From NCBI GenBank assembly GCA_965645245.1, contig OZ287069.1, positions 2,914,001-2,978,000 of the forward strand: DNA of 64,000 nt. Direction: 5' to 3'. The position numbers and the translations under genes are program-made. The number at the start of each line of letters is the position of its first letter. The first letter of the stretch is position 1. The notes under the pieces are model-generated. The model saw only the letters and a program-made list of their open reading frames with translations, made no database searches and was not told the origin of the DNA. Below are positions 62,738-64,000 of the stretch, piece after piece. This DNA is from Massalongia carnosa (lineage: Eukaryota).

Positions 62738-64000
62738 CAGAGGCGAATCTCAAAGGTAATGATAATACGCTAAAAGCTAGTGCCGTAATTTAAATTTTCC
62801 GTACCGAGCAAAATTTCCCCTTTTCTTTCCCCTTTTCTCATCCCAAATCATTTACGAACCAACATTTGATCAAATCATCATCATGGTCAATAAATCAGCT
62901 GATATTTCTTTGCGGGCTCAGGTCTTGACGTTGTCTTATTGCACCCTGGCCTCAATTGAATTTATTGCAGCTACTACAGGTTATTCTGTCCCCAACATTT
63001 ATCGTATTCGTCGCATTGCCAGGGATCGAGGATTTGATCCCGCCATTTCTTTGCAGGTGCTTGATAAATATGCCCGTCATGAAGAAAAATCTGGTCGACC
63101 GAGAAAGGCTACTACTGAGAAAGAAGATGAAGTCATTGATCTAGTCATAAAAGACAGATACGCCCGTGAAAAAACCAGTGCCCAGTTGGCAAGAGAAGTT
63201 GGACTGTCCAGATGCACCGTGTGGAGAATCCTGAAACAAAGAGGCTATAAAAAAGTCAAACCGTCGTATAGACCAGGGCTTACTCCTGAAATGAAAGCGG
63301 CTAGACTGGCTTTTTGTCTCCTGTATAAAGACTGGACCGTGGAGGATTGGAAGCGGGTTATTTGGTCAGATGAAACAGCAATAGTGCTTGGTCACCGTCG
63401 CGGAGCTGTCAAAATTTGGCGTACAACCAAGGAAGGAAGAAGACCAGTCAAATCCACCGTACGTGCCAGGTGGCATGGGGCTCATGAATTCATGTTTTGG
63501 GGATGCTTTTCCTACAATTGGAAGGGGCCATGTCATTGCTGGAAACCGGAGACAAAAGCGGAAAAAGCGGAAGCCAAAACCAAGCTTGACGAGATGAATG
63601 CTGCATTGGAAGCCAGTGAGAGATTAAATTGGGAGCTGACCAATGGAATGAGACGTCTTTCAACTCGCAATTTACCAGGAAAAAAGCCGCAATGGAAATG
63701 GGATGAGGAACATGGAAAGATGATCAGAAAAGAAGGTAAAGGAGGCATTGATTGGTGGCGGTATCAAAACGTCATACTTCTGCCAAAACTGATTCCTTTT
63801 GCTCAGCAATGCAATGCAAAAAGAAGAGAAGCCGGATTGTCTGAAATGATCGTACAGGAAGATAAGGCTCCGTCTCATGCTTCCAAGCATCAGATTCCCA
63901 TCTTCTCTCGTCATGGCATCGAGCGTCTTTTATGGCCCGGAAATTCTCCTGATCTCAACATGATTGAACCCTGCTGGCCCTGGATGAAGCGACGTACAAC
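62738..64000 (+). mobile_element. Tc1/mariner transposon, left part (cut by window end)
   Basis: TA|CAGAGGCG... candidate left end ~145 bp before the transposase; right TIR not visible. Confidence 0.75.
62883..64000 (+). CDS. Tc1-family DD34E transposase (partial, open to window end)
   Basis: MVNKSADISLRAQV..., SGRPRK, WTVEDWKRVIWSDET, FMFWGCF and QEDKAPSH...WPGNSPDLNMIE with 34 residues between D and E. Missing from the ORF track because there is no stop in the window. Confidence 0.93.
   Translation, partial: MVNKSADISLRAQVLTLSYCTLASIEFIAATTGYSVPNIYRIRRIARDRGFDPAISLQVLDKYARHEEKSGRPRKATTEKEDEVIDLVIKDRYAREKTSAQLAREVGLSRCTVWRILKQRGYKKVKPSYRPGLTPEMKAARLAFCLLYKDWTVEDWKRVIWSDETAIVLGHRRGAVKIWRTTKEGRRPVKSTVRARWHGAHEFMFWGCFSYNWKGPCHCWKPETKAEKAEAKTKLDEMNAALEASERLNWELTNGMRRLSTRNLPGKKPQWKWDEEHGKMIRKEGKGGIDWWRYQNVILLPKLIPFAQQCNAKRREAGLSEMIVQEDKAPSHASKHQIPIFSRHGIERLLWPGNSPDLNMIEPCWPWMKRRT

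Overview
Intron-rich genomic DNA from a filamentous ascomycete (Pezizomycotina-like, judged from gene content and splice signals). About 2-33 kb and 43-50 kb are ordinary core-gene territory: an Rgt1-like Zn2Cys6 factor, TSR2, an HSL-family lipase, YAP1, SPF30, a BTB protein, an SDR, NOT4, complex I NDUFS3, BUD22, MET10 and a Tco89-like gene. The standout is a 9-kb nest of DNA transposons at 33,569-42,629. A ~450-bp pogo-like MITE (TA-flanked) contains a solo ~140-bp terminal module and a hAT element (8-bp TSD). The hAT element in turn contains an apparently intact 6-kb TIR element encoding an Academ/DUF6589-type transposase and a convergent RecQ-like SF2 helicase (AcademH-like), whose termini can fold into multi-hairpin structures. 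NOT4 and YAP1 show unusual splice architecture: an in-frame exitron, an alternative terminal exon, a GC-AG intron and an apparently intronised Yap1 cysteine motif. From ~50 kb onward the region is accessory-like, with pseudogenes, a second MITE, a small secreted Cys-rich protein and a Tc1 (DD34E) transposase running off the window end. All calls come from reading the sequence and recalled motifs; no database searches were run.
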